From Oopsacas minuta (Eukaryota > Animalia > Porifera), in NCBI GenBank assembly GCA_024704765.1, contig JAKMXF010000055.1, forward strand, positions 885,264-949,263: a stretch of DNA of 64,000 nucleotides. The letters run 5' to 3'. Shown here piece by piece: positions 1 through 12,433 of the stretch (position 1 is its first letter; each line of letters begins with the position of its first letter). Under the pieces are notes generated by a model. That model did no database searches and was not told the origin of the DNA. It worked only from the letters and a program-made list of their open reading frames with translations. Both the position numbers and the translations under genes were made by a program.

Positions 1-126
1 ATAATGTCAAAAGCATAAATTAAACATAACCGAACAAAGTCATTTCACCATAAATGGCTAGCAAGGGGGCAATGCAGGGGAAATAAAATATTGAATTATG
101 AATAAAATGGACTAACTTATACTCAC

Positions 127-193
127 CAAGAGAAATTCTTCTTCCCTGTTCGAAATATCTAGGAGAAGAGGTACAAAGTCTTGGATGAAGGAC
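127..193 (-). CDS. HTT: Huntingtin exon (5' part of the equivalent of human exon 6), 67 bp: (R)SFIQDFVPLLLDISNREEEFLL
   Basis: Acceptor ccttctAG and donor GTgagt. Starts in phase 2, completing AG|G=Arg from the 8904 exon. Ungapped match to recalled human HTT [23 protein letters not shown]. Read-through into the intron hits TAG after three codons. Confidence 0.8.
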
Positions 194-956
194 CTAGAAG
201 GATAAAGGCGAAAATGGGAAGAGCTGAAGGAGATATACTTCCATAAGAATAATTACATACCAAAATAAGTTAATATTAGGAAAGTCGCCGACAGAGTGCG
301 ATAGCCATGGTAGTTCACATACACATCACATGTGCAACCATGAAGCAAACAAATTTGTGTCGTCAGTGCATAAAGCAATCGCGCTTTACTTATTAGCTCT
401 GTGCAGACTGGATGTACACATTGGGCTGGGCAATTAGTTTGTCGAATTAAGCAAGAGTATGGAATCAAAAATTACAATCTGGCACTTGGGAGCCGTAAGG
501 ACTAGTAGCAGCATAAGATATATATATAATCAGCACCGCACCATCACATTACGAAATTAATAAAAATGTTAACCAATAATCAGTGGATATTATTAGTCAA
601 TCTTTAAAACTGTAAATTGACGAATGTTAGCCAGTTCATTGCAATGTCGCACATTGTTCGGTCACGAATTGTTACTCAGTAATCATAGGATATTATTAAT
701 AATCCTTGAAAATCAATTGGAGAATTTAACCGTTTAATGAAATGTCAAAATAATTAATCAGTAATCATCGGGAATAGTGAGTTGATACTTAATTCTTTAC
801 AAAAGATTAATTGGAAAATATTCACTATTGATTCTAATGTTGCCCATTGTTTGGTCACGAAATATTAATCAGTGATCATCGAATGTCATTAGTGAATTGA
901 CTGAAATCATCGAAAATCTAAATTGAAAGCTTGACGATGTTTTAATGTCGGACATA

Positions 957-3900
957 CTAGGGCGTTCAATAAGTCTTGCGGGGGATATCATAGAATATGA
1001 TACAAACACTACACACACTAATTCACTATATTATTTATTCAAAAGTAATCCCCTCCTGCAGATTCACAAAGTTTTAACCTTTCCACCCACTTGTAAACAC
1101 ATTTCTGTACTCTTCTTCGGGGATGGATTTGAAGTACTGGTACAGGCCCGTTCCGAGTGCTTGTAATGTGTTAAAATCTTTGCCTTGAAGGTAGATTTTA
1201 AGTTTGAGGAATATCCAAAACAACACGGAGTTAGGTCTGGTGAGTATGATGGATGGGGAAGTAATTCTAACCCTTCTACATCCCAGAAATTTTTGATAAG
1301 CTTAGCTGTATGGGAACTGGCGTTATCAATTAAAATCTTCATTCCTCGAGTTCCGGTTTTCGGGCGGTACTTTTCTATATTTTTTATCAAATTTGGAAGC
1401 ACTTGCTCTGTAAAATAAGGAGCAGTAACAGCCTTGCCACTCTCACAAGATAATTGCAAGACAATTCTATGACTACTGAAGAAGATGGTATACATAATCT
1501 TAGGTTTCTGAAGTCGGGTATAGGAATTTTCGCCGGTTGTTCGTCGCCCCTCACCCATGATAGCTTCTTATACTTGCTATATGGCGTTGAATAGGACCGA
1601 CGTCTCGTCACCGGTAATAATCTTTTTTAGGCGTGTTCCGTGAGATTGTAACTCATCTATATTAAACGACTGTGAATTTGCAGGATATTCGACCAGGACA
1701 ATTTCAGTCACTAATTTGACCTACTTGTACTCATCAGATTACTCGAAATTAATATCATTCGGTAGCGGATAGTTGGGCGTTGTATAAAATATAATTTTCT
1801 TAAACATTTTTTGACTTTTACCTATCTATTTTGTCATGACGAGTAGGGTCGCTTCTCTATTAAATCGACGACCTAAAAGTAAGGATACAAATCTGAAATT
1901 TTGTGTCTATATCTGTGACCCATGGACGTTTATGTAAACTAAATTTCATCCAAAAATTCCTAAAACTCGAGGAGATACAAGTATTCAAAGTTGAAGTCAG
2001 AGTTATATTGGAGGGAGTGAATATCATTTTACAAAAAGTATGGTCAGTTCAAATTGATATTTGATATCCCAAATCGAAGTCAAACTATTATATTTTGATA
2101 ACAATCGATAGCTGAGACATGGGCGTATACCATTATGTCGCTGTATTTCTGAAATTCTGAAAGATACAGTCACAATGGGGTTAAATATAGGCATAATTGT
2201 CGTTTATTATGTATTTTCGAAATTTCAATTTAGACTCAAATTTCAAAATAATTCATTCCCAGAATCCCCTGAAACTTTACAAGCTCCTTCTTTTATAGTA
2301 TATCATTCGATTTTCTTTAAAAAATACAGGGTCGCTAGTACTTTTCTAATGACTATCACAAAATTAATATTTTGTGAAAATGTTTTTCCACTAAATGGAT
2401 CATTATTCACATTGTCTAATACAATACTAGATTATCTCATTAGACTAATGAGCATGCTGTTATTTACGCATGAAGTAGCACATGTTATAACTCTTCTCTT
2501 GGTTCCCATTTTAATGTTGTTACTACAACCGAATAATCATTATTTGTCAATGTGTAGATTTCATTGTGATGGATGAAAATGGTAAATGTAATTCATAATT
2601 TCAGCATTTTGCGGTTTGATTATTCGTTTGTTGTAGTAACATTAGAATGGGAACCAAAAGAAAAGTTATAACATGTGCTACTTCATGCGTAAATAACAGC
2701 ATGCTCATTAGTCTAATGAGATAATCTAGTATTGTATTAGACAATGTGAATAATGATCCATTTAGTGGAAAAACATTTTCACAAAATATTAATTTTGTGA
2801 TAGTCATTAGAAAAGTACTAGCGACCCTGTATTTTTTAAAGAAAATCGAATGATATACTATAAAAGAAGGAGCTTGTAAAGTTTCAGGGGATTCTGGGAA
2901 TGAATTATTTTGAAATTTGAGTCTAAATTGAAATTTCGAAAATACATAATAAACGACAATTATGCCTATATTTAACCCCATTGTGACTGTATCTTTCAGA
3001 ATTTCAGAAATACAGCGACATAATGGTATACGCCCATGTCTCAGCTATCGATTGTTATCAAAATATAATAGTTTGACTTCGATTTGGGATATCAAATATC
3101 AATTTGAACTGACCATACTTTTTGTAAAATGATATTCACTCCCTCCAATATAACTCTGACTTCAACTTTGAATACTTGTATCTCCTCGAGTTTTAGGAAT
3201 TTTTGGATGAAATTTAGTTTACATAAACGTCCATGGGTCACAGATATAGACACAAAATTTCAGATTTGTATCCTTACTTTTAGGTCGTCGATTTAATAGA
3301 GAAGCGACCCTACTCGTCATGACAAAATAGATAGGTAAAAGTCAAAAAATGTTTAAGAAAATTATATTTTATACAACGCCCAACTATCCGCTACCGAATG
3401 ATATTAATTTCGAGTAATCTGATGAGTACAAGTAGGTCAAATTAGTGACTGAAATTGTCCTGGTCGAATATCCTGCAAATTCACAGTCGTTTAATATAGA
3501 TGAGTTACAATCTCACGTTGAAAGGCTGTCCCTGGTCCAATAATACTAATGAGTTACAATCTCATGCAACAGGCGTGTAGAATCGCAGTTCTCATAAGTT
3601 TCCAACGGTTTCTTGGCAATATTCAGTCATGCCAACCTTTGATTCTCACTGAGTTTATGCGGGACCCATTTCCCACAAATCGATCGGTAGCCAAGCTCAG
3701 TTGTCAGAATTGTATGAATAGCTTCCGGTGAAATCTCCATACTTTGTTATAACTGATTGACAGTAATGCATTTGTCTTCCATGACCATACTTTCAATGAG
3801 TGCGATATTCTCGGAAGTGGTGGTGGATATCGGTCTTCCAGATCGAGGAAAATCTGTGACATCAGCATTACCAGATCTAAAACGGGCAGTCCATCGCTCT

Positions 3901-4227
3901 ACAGTAGATCTGGAAGGGCAATCCACACACAATATCTCCTGTAACTCGCTGAAGATCTGTATGGGCTGGATCTTGAGTATTGTGCTAATTCTATGTAACT
4001 CGCCATTTGAGGTTGAAATTATCATCCTTTGAAGCCACAAGTTCAACAGTGGGCATAAATTGACTACACGTAACTATCTCAAAAATTCATAATTTGTATT
4101 GAATAAGCTTGAAACTTTCAGCATATGGAGTTTAACTATATGGGCTTATAATATATGGAAGTTAGATATATTACTTGACTAATTCCTAAGAAATATTATG
4201 ACCCGCAAGACTTATTGAACAACCTGA
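957..4227 (-). mobile_element. mariner (DD34D) copy 1, about 1.33 kb, interrupted by the foldback insertion; defective
   Basis: TA-flanked TIRs: ctagggcgttcaataagtcttgcgg at 957 and its counterpart ending at 4227. Motifs CPSRSTVERW..RFRSG, PRSGRP, LIDNASSH, HPSYSPDL. Homologous to the copies at 27315 and 55385. Confidence 0.93.
1637..3570. mobile_element. Foldback element: 901-bp inverted arms (1639-2539 / 2617-3517) with a 77-bp spacer and an 8-bp TSD AGGCGTGT
   Basis: The arms are reverse complements, which produces mirrored ORFs 2175-2576(+) and 2601-2981(-). AGGCGTGT occurs at 1629-1636 and 3571-3578, and mariner sequence resumes exactly after the second copy. Confidence 0.88.
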
Positions 4228-4759
4228 TAATTACGACAAACTGTGTATAAATAATATAGTAAATTATACTCTTATTCCAATGTTAGCAAGTGGCGAATGA
4301 GACATCTCAAAATACTGTTTGATTTGGGATCTATATCTTATATAATAGGGTATAAACTCCAGTCCACATTATAAACAAATGGAACGTTAGTACAAATCCG
4401 AATTAAATTTCAAATAAAGAATATAGATTCATTTTGGAAATGAAAGAGTGATGAGAACGAAGTGGACAAGCTAGAAGCAACATCGGAATTCGAAGGGATA
4501 ATATAACAATTGAAGTGCTTGAATTTCTCATCCAAAGTCAGGTCATCACTCTCTGCGCTGTCCAAGACCTTCCTCCTAGATCTCCCCGCAATTAAAATTG
4601 GTGAACGATTCAAGTGAGTCATTCACCCTGGGATCAATTACTGATTAAAAACAAAGGGAAGATTTTACTGAGTTTGACGTCTACAAAAAGTTATCAAAGC
4701 AAAAACTGAACGGACAGAGAAAAGCTCAGAATGTTCATCACTCCAGTCAGAATTCAATT

Positions 4760-6120
4760 TTGTCTATCTTTATGAACTCTCTACGTCGGGATATATTAAA
4801 TGAACTCAAGACAGCCAAACATTTCTTTATAGGACCACTTGTCTAGAAAATGAGGAAAAATTGAGAAAATATTCGGGTAAATTATATACGTTTGCGAGGG
4901 GATGTTTTATGAAGATTTCTTCAACTTATCAGAGCAGAAGGGTTAGAAACGAATTGGATAATGTTTCTTTGTACATGTGATCATATGAATGCTCAATGCT
5001 ATAATAGCGCATAAACAATGAGTGGATGACTAAGGGGTTTGCAAGAACCCATGAGGTACAAAGTATGGTCAATGGCCTTGTGTATATAGCTGGACACAGA
5101 GGCTGAACCCTTTTGTTTTGCTTGCCGCGAAATTATAGATAGAGCTATGTCATTTTCGCAAGTATTCAACAACTCTACACTTTTATCTGCTTCAGTTCCA
5201 CACGATTTCCTAAGAAAACGCAGACTGTCTTGGGAAAACACGTGGTCCAACATCGTGAGTAGAATCAATATCCAAAACGTTGGTACAATCAAGCAGAAGC
5301 TTGCTCTACTGTAGTTCAAACGTCGAGGCAATCATTGTTGAGGCAGAGCATTTAACTCAGGATATCAACTGCGATAGAAGAGCTGCAGGAAGTATTGTCA
5401 ACTTGACAGATGCGTACCTCGTAGAATGTCTAAAATTTTTCAGGATAGTTCTCATAGTTAAAGTCCTATTAAGAGAAATATATGCAGGATAAACAACCGA
5501 TGTTTGCATTATAGTTGATAACATAAATATACTGTATCTCTCCATATCTGTTGAAGAAGTATTAGATGAAATCTGAGATACAGCAGAGGCACTCATAGAT
5601 GAACACAATATACCGCAGACAATCGAAAACGTAGTCGAAGACGTAGAGATGATTTCGATGCGAACTTGTAGTTCAAATCGGACTAAAAGAGGGATTGTTT
5701 CATCCAGTTGTTGGAAACCTCTTAACTGAGCTAGACAGACCTTTCAGCGAGAACACTAATTGAGTACTTACGGAATGTCAGCATTCGTTCCCATATGCAA
5801 ATATTTTCATAGAATCCAAGCAATCAAGCCATTTGTTAATCAATATCATTCGAATGAAGAACTGCTCGATGACGTGAATTGATTGTGTTCTCTAATCAAT
5901 ATAGAAAGGCTACCCCACAGTTAAACAAGATGTTAGAGGTCATTATATAGAGCTTTACAAGATATATAAGATAGCAAGTACCATGGCTGCAACAACTACT
6001 GAGAAGGAACGATCATTCTCCTATGTGAAACGTGTTAAGAAGTACATTCGTAGTCCTATGGATGATAACAAATTAGTAGACCTAGCGATTCTGTCAATGA
6101 ATAGGACTAGTACATCCAAA
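4760..6120 (+). pseudogene. Degraded hAT transposase (ZMYM1/DUF4371-like core plus C-terminal dimerisation domain); boundaries approximate
   Basis: Remnant motifs AQCYNSA*TMSG*LRGLQ at about 4990-5045 (cf. GQCYDGAxxMSG) and IASTMAATTTEKERSFSYVKRVKKYIRSPMDDNKLVDLAILSMN at about 5970-6100 (hAT dimerisation). Many stops and frameshifts. Confidence 0.7.
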
Positions 6121-8033
6121 TCAATCTTGTAGATATTCATGAACAATTAGATATCCATTAGAATGTGACCGCATCTATGAAGGTAGAAAACTTGGGGTAA
6201 TTTACCACAGGTTAAACCGTCAAGATGACCTGGAGGACTCCGATTCATTATATTTGTAGCTTGATAATTTTACCAACGAGTGTGTGGATTACATTAAGTT
6301 ATAGAATATGCAGAAATTGGTTTAGGAATCATGTGAAGCTTGGAACAACACGTACTTGGAAGGGTACAGAGTGTGTTCCGAATACACTCCTCCTAGAATT
6401 ATAAGGATAACCTCGAAGGGCTGAACTTTACAGTGGTCTATAACTTTTTATATATATATACATCCATTTTACTATGGTATTTCGGGAGTCTAATTACTCA
6501 AGCTTTAAGAAACTTATGCACTTCTATTGGTTAAACAATTAGAATGTTAAGATCCAAGAAACCCTAGCGGCAGGTAAGGAGGGGCTGTGGGAGAGCCATT
6601 CTGGCTCCCTCGGAACTATCCGTGCTAGCCGGTGCACTCACGAAGATGGTCAACCTACTGTAAAGAATTCTCATTATATGATATTATTTAAAGATTGATT
6701 ACTCAAGTTTTGTGTGGTTTTATTTAAGTGTACAAATTCATGTACTATAATTTTTTATATCAGTATTATAGAATGATGCAAGGGCAGCCAACGATAAAGT
6801 GAAATTAAGTTTACATTAGTGCTTTAATTAAAGGATCAAATTTTTTGAATAGTTGTCAGTGTTAATATTATATATGTGGAATAATACATGTATGTACATA
6901 TAGGCCTTGACAAAATTACTAATACATTAGATAATATTTAGAAACTGGACCAAAAACAAGGGGAGAAAAGAAAAGAGTTGGAAAGTGGTTCAAAAAATAG
7001 AGAGGAGGGAGAGCCTCTAACGGGACACCCCTCCCAAAGTCAGTCTAGTATGGATGAATAGATTATACCATGACCTTAATTTACGGCTATACATGATGCC
7101 GACTCATGGTAAATACAGAGGCTAGTTTATGAAGAGTAGATATTTGAAATTGCTGATAAACTGAAAATTCGTTTGATAGGCCGTAGGAAGGTATTAACAA
7201 CAAATAGAGACGTAGTACCAAAATTTACATATATGTGGTCAAATATGTGATTAGTCATCATGTAGTGCGGGATATGCTATTTTAGGTACAACAAACAAAA
7301 TTTTCTAAACTGTATTTACACCATGTTTTCAACATCTGTAATTTCTGATAGATATATATAATGATGAATTAATAAAGTTGATTCGAAAGATTTCGATAAC
7401 ATGATCGGAATATGATCACATTCCTGTTTGCTAATGAAATACATTTTGTCACATTGAAACCATAACTCAAAAACTATAAATCATACCAATCGTTGATACT
7501 AGTGTTCCCGTAAATGATACTCCTTATTAACAAAATGTATTTCAATAACGTACATTCAATGTCCTTTGAGATACATACATTTGAATACAATAATGGGGGT
7601 TAAACAAAATGTGATATAAATTTAAGTAACATTTGAAAATGCGTTCTAATAAGCGTACTCGATTACTCCAGTATAACTGTTGAAACGAAGATTTAGGAAA
7701 TATTTGAAATTCGCCCAACGAATAGATATAACAACTACAAATATTCACAATACCCCATGGACGATGCAATATTTCGAATCAGCGTACTCCATTACCCCAT
7801 AATATTCGTTGAAACGGATTCACTAGCATAAATATGAATTATCAGCCAAAAGGAGTAAAAAGATCATTAATCACACGACAAAAATAATCATCTCATCTTG
7901 TCCACAATATCATACTCGGGTACCCAAATATAATTGTTTACTTTTCTAACATCGGTAACGAAAGGACAAGTTACTTTACTTATTTCTAATAATATACACA
8001 GATCGTCCTACAATATTATAATAACACAAAATA

Positions 8034-8071
8034 GACACACTCACACACTCACACACACACACACACACACA
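8034..8071 (+). repeat. (CA)n microsatellite, slightly interrupted
   Basis: acacactcacacactcacacacacacacacacacaca. Confidence 0.9.
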
Positions 8072-8903
8072 AAACAAGTGAGTTTAACCTTTAGAGATAT
8101 TTGGGCCTGTTACCGAGATCTACACTAGATGGTAAATGAATGCATTCATCGCTAGGTTATAGAAGATAACATACTGTCTTAATAATATATATGCAAGAAA
8201 TATTAAGGAAATTGAGGAAGCGATGGGCGATGTAGTAAAATCGTATTAAAGATTATTAAGAGGGTTAATCATAACTAGACTCAGCTCTCCATTCTTACAC
8301 TCCTAGGTTTGATAGGGACAAGGTTTCTCCAAATATTCTCATTAAATAACTAACAGGACGAGAAATTCACAGAGCAAAAATGCCACCATAGTATTTCGAT
8401 TAGAATAAGACTGCTAAAAATATGAGGAAGAAATGCATCAAAATTTGTGATAAATTGGCAAATTAAGAAGCCTCCACTAGTGTCAGGGGTCACATTGGCG
8501 ATGCATACAAAGCTGGAAATCGTTTAAAATGGGTCGATCTAGTTGCATGGCAAGTTCCAAACTTATATGAAAATCCCACAATCCGATGATTTATTATAAA
8601 TATCGACTAGACAATATGATCCGTAATTGCGATCGATGGTCAAGAAATATCTGAAGCAAAATCACTGAAAATTATACAATACAAAATTGAAGAATACTAC
8701 TATAGTTTGTCAGATAACATCTAAGAAATAGTGTTAAACTTTCATAGAAAATATCAATCTTAAGAATTTAGAAACAAAAAATCATAAGGCAAAATGCCGG
8801 GGAAAGGACTATATTAATTGGGGGAGAAATATTCCAGGGCGTCCAACTTCTGTATGGACCCAGATATACAAAGGAAATAAGAAAGGAGAAAATGATAACA
8901 AAC

Positions 8904-8983
8904 CTGAGATATATTGGATTAATAGTTTTAGATAGATCAGCATATCTCCTAAGTGCTGAACGCAAACTTCTGGGAGCAGCGTT
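8904..8983 (-). CDS. HTT: Huntingtin exon (equivalent of human exon 5), 80 bp: NAAPRSLRSALRRYADLSKTINPIYL(R)
   Basis: Acceptor cctttAG and donor GTttgt; phase 0 to phase 2. Matches recalled human [27 protein letters not shown]. Confidence 0.92.
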
Positions 8984-11289
8984 CTAAAGGAAAATCTGAA
9001 GTAAATATTCAGATACACTCAACTAAGCATACTCGGGTATATCTCCCAGTACGAAATCACTCCCATTGAAGTAAATACTAAAATTCTTCGGTAATCAGGA
9101 CAACTCCAGTAATCGAGTGAAAGTGAGAACTCAATAAATGGACACATTTGGATAAATATAGAGACAAAATTTAGCCAAACTAATTTTATATACTAGACGA
9201 TCACGAGAATTTAAGTTGTGTACTGCTCTACAATAGTCTGGTAAATTGGGTTTAGGGAGATCTGCGAGTGAAAATATAAAACGGTATTGCTATTTTGTAC
9301 ATTATGAGGAATTCTCGGGCTATTTGCGAACCCAGCGTTATCGGGACAAAAAGGCTAGATCAGATGTGTCCCAATTAAGCGGAGTTGAATGTAAATCACA
9401 TATACTAGATAAGAGGATAAATTATAGGTAATGTCTAAATATAGCAAGGATTCGTTTCAAATGTGGTAGCATTACCGACCCAAAAATAGGACTTGGGGCA
9501 TTATAGTTTCATCAATAAATTCCGAACAAACAAAAATAAATATATAAATAATATATACTTGTAAATATCCAGAGATAAGGAGATTAATACATACTAACCA
9601 GGAGCATGTCTCAAGCGGCGTAATATTCATCAAATTCCACTGTATACGTAGTTAAATACAGAAAAATTGCTTGTTAGTAGCCAAGATGCACTATCAGCAT
9701 AATATAGTAGACATAACCAGTGAATATCGGTGTATCTCTTATTAAAAGTGAACAATGAAGGAATTAATGAAATGTCTGAAGTATGCAGCAAACTTTAAAT
9801 GTAAGAACAATTTATCATACTAAATATAACATCGTACGAAAATTTCAAATGATATACGTTCAGCAATTTCTGCATTTGGTACACACAGTTGATTCTATCT
9901 ACTATTGCTTGAATAGGTCATTACGGTACTGTAGGTCTCTTGAGATTAAGGGGCCAGCCATAAGTAAGGGGGATAAGTTAAAAAAAGATGACAAAATGTG
10001 ACAGGGTAGACAACACACTTTCTTGTAAATAAGGCATGGTCAGTAGGGCTTCATGTACAAGTGGATTATCAGTGTAATTGAATATTTTTGAGCTAGGACA
10101 TTAGATACTGCAGTTTTATCTCAATCGAATAAGCGTTTACACAAACTTTTGCCTGTTATTCATGTGGGATCCTTTTCAGTCGAATTACATTAATTAACCC
10201 ATTTAGACTAAAGTACATGGGATATATCCTTTTACCAATTCTACAGGGCCTCTTCGCTTAAACTGGTTGCTGGTCACATTGAAATACCCAACCTGTGACA
10301 GCAGGATGAATATTCTGCGGTGGGACTTTGTGATCGGAGAACCAGGGTTCGGTTCCTCTTCCAATGAGTCACTTTGCAATATAACTTTAGATGATGTATA
10401 GGTCCCTTACGAAGAGATAAATTATCATCTAATTAACTCGACGTCGTCCAAATTAAATGGCATGTAATTTGATATGTCAAGTGTGAAGATAATTAGACTG
10501 CCACAAATATTCAAATATTTGCGATCTATTGAGTGTTACCATAGTTACTAAGATATTTGTGAAGTAAAAAGAGAAAAAGTTTCGGTACAATGTTGAATTG
10601 TGACGAAATTGCAAGTTAGTGGTATACTTATAACATTTCGGAAGACGAACCTTTTCTAGCACCGCTCGTATATTCATAAAATAAATATCATTTAATAATA
10701 TAGATCACACGTTCTTGAATTTGAGTAGAGACAGTTTTGGAAATAATAATAAGAAGAAGAAGAATAATCCAGAATCAGTAACAAAAATAAAAATCTCAGT
10801 GCCTATTACACAGTGAATGAAATAGAGTTAATGAGCAAAAAGGAAAAGAAGAAGAAATTAACAAATAATCGATTACATTCACTTGTCTAAAAGGGTGTTT
10901 CGAGTATGAAGATCCAAAATAACTCGATAATCGGGGAAGATATTATCAAATTATTATGCCTAATTCACACTATTCCTGAGTTCCAATAGTCTGCAATAAA
11001 ATTTGAAATGATAATTCTTACAAATGTGAGGTAATCGTAAATATACCCATATACTCATTTCAAGATTACGCAACACAATGGGTCAATCGGCACATTAGGG
11101 GAAATAGGGGTTCCTGTGAATTCAACGCATATTAAGATTATCATTCAAGTATGAGTATGGCCATAGGGAAACAAATGATTACCATTAAGATTCATAAGCC
11201 GCCATCAATTGACGTGGAAATTAATTATGATGCCATAAAAATCACTCTGTACTAGTAAACTGCAATAAAATTTATATATTTATGTGTGT

Positions 11290-11880
11290 TTGTATATAGG
11301 GTCGTATATCAAGAATTGACTGAAGAAACTAGAAGAAGCCCCAGGGCTGATTTTCGACAAACAGGGAGATTTCTGGCCTGTCTCAGACAAATTCGATTCT
11401 TGGGCCAAAATTAACACCTATGACGAAATTATGACACACTTGTGACCTTATAAATTTTCGAAAAAATCACGTCATTAACCTCTGCTCAGACAACATACAT
11501 GATGGAGGTTTGAAATTTGAATCACAGTTACCTTTCAGTGTGCCAAATTTCTGACGTCATGATTTTGGCCAAATGCAAACTCATTATGAAATTATTTCGT
11601 CATTATGAATATAGAAAATATGAATATTACACAAATTTCTGAATTTTCAGAATTTCATAACACACGAGCCACGAAATTCCAAGATTCCTAAACAAAAGCC
11701 ACATAGCCTCCACTATTACCACATAAGGCAGTTAAATGGAATTTGGATGGACCATGAACAATACAAACTTTACACTACCGCTAAAAATTATCTTTGAGGC
11801 ACAGATTGCAGTGTATAATACCCTGTCACATAGCGACCGAAACTATCAAGAAATCTAGCTAGGTAATGTTATTTATCACC
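11290..11880 (+). repeat. Dispersed non-autonomous repeat family, copy A (possibly Helitron/Helentron-associated); boundaries approximate
   Basis: Shares blocks (gaagaagc/gaagactcc, ggacaaa, aaattatgac..gtcacc, gaagtttgaaatttgaatc, ggaatttggatggaccatg) with 20350-20973, 38520-39111, 57700-58090 and 60860-61100. Confidence 0.6.
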
Positions 11881-12046
11881 TAAAGAATCAAGAAATTTAG
11901 CTATTTTATAAATTGGATCCAAGATCTTTGCTACCAAGATAAGTTACAATAAGGGCCAAGCATTCTCAAAGTGGGCCATATGACTAGTGCTGCTAAATAG
12001 AAATTAATCTTCAAACTAACTGAAATGGTATTCCTCTTATTTTAAC

Positions 12047-12433
12047 CAGGGCTGGGATGGTTAACCGAATTTCGGGCGCGGTTGAACCTTTCGGTCATAG
12101 CGGTTAACAGGTTAACCACTGTAAGTGTTGTTTAATACAATCAGTGAGGTGACTTAACTAAAATTGATAATACCAAATACATAGCTACTATATATTCAAT
12201 CGTGATGCGACTTTATCCAAAAAAAGTATTGTAATATAGTAATACTGACCAAAATGTAACATCTCAAAAGTAATAAGTATCAGATTTCGTGTACATATAT
12301 ATTATCTTACCTCTTAAATCCTGAGCAATTATGAAAATATGGTTGGATATGATGCTATTCTGTTAACTGAATATGTTTTCCTAGAGAATTAACTGGAGAG
12401 CGACGATTAACCGGTTATCCGAATCCAGCCTTG
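12047..12433. mobile_element. MITE, 387 bp, CAGGGCTGG/CCAGCCTTG ends, 7-bp TSD TTTTAAC (P-element- or hAT-like)
   Basis: TIR 8/9 match. TTTTAAC at 12040-12046 and 12434-12440. Subterminal GGTTAACC repeats at both ends. Confidence 0.75.

Noticed and set aside
253-468. 71-aa minus-strand ORF as an HTT exon
   Set aside because: No similarity to the expected HTT segment; the exons at 8904 and 193 already join in frame without it.
2175-2981. Two near-identical 126-133 aa ORFs as a duplicated membrane-protein gene
   Set aside because: They are mirror images produced by the palindrome arms, with no recognisable motif and a composition typical of AT-rich non-coding DNA.
6564-7048. MITE bounded by CTAG...GGAGGGG ends
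   Set aside because: Only 13/21 terminal identity and no target-site duplication.
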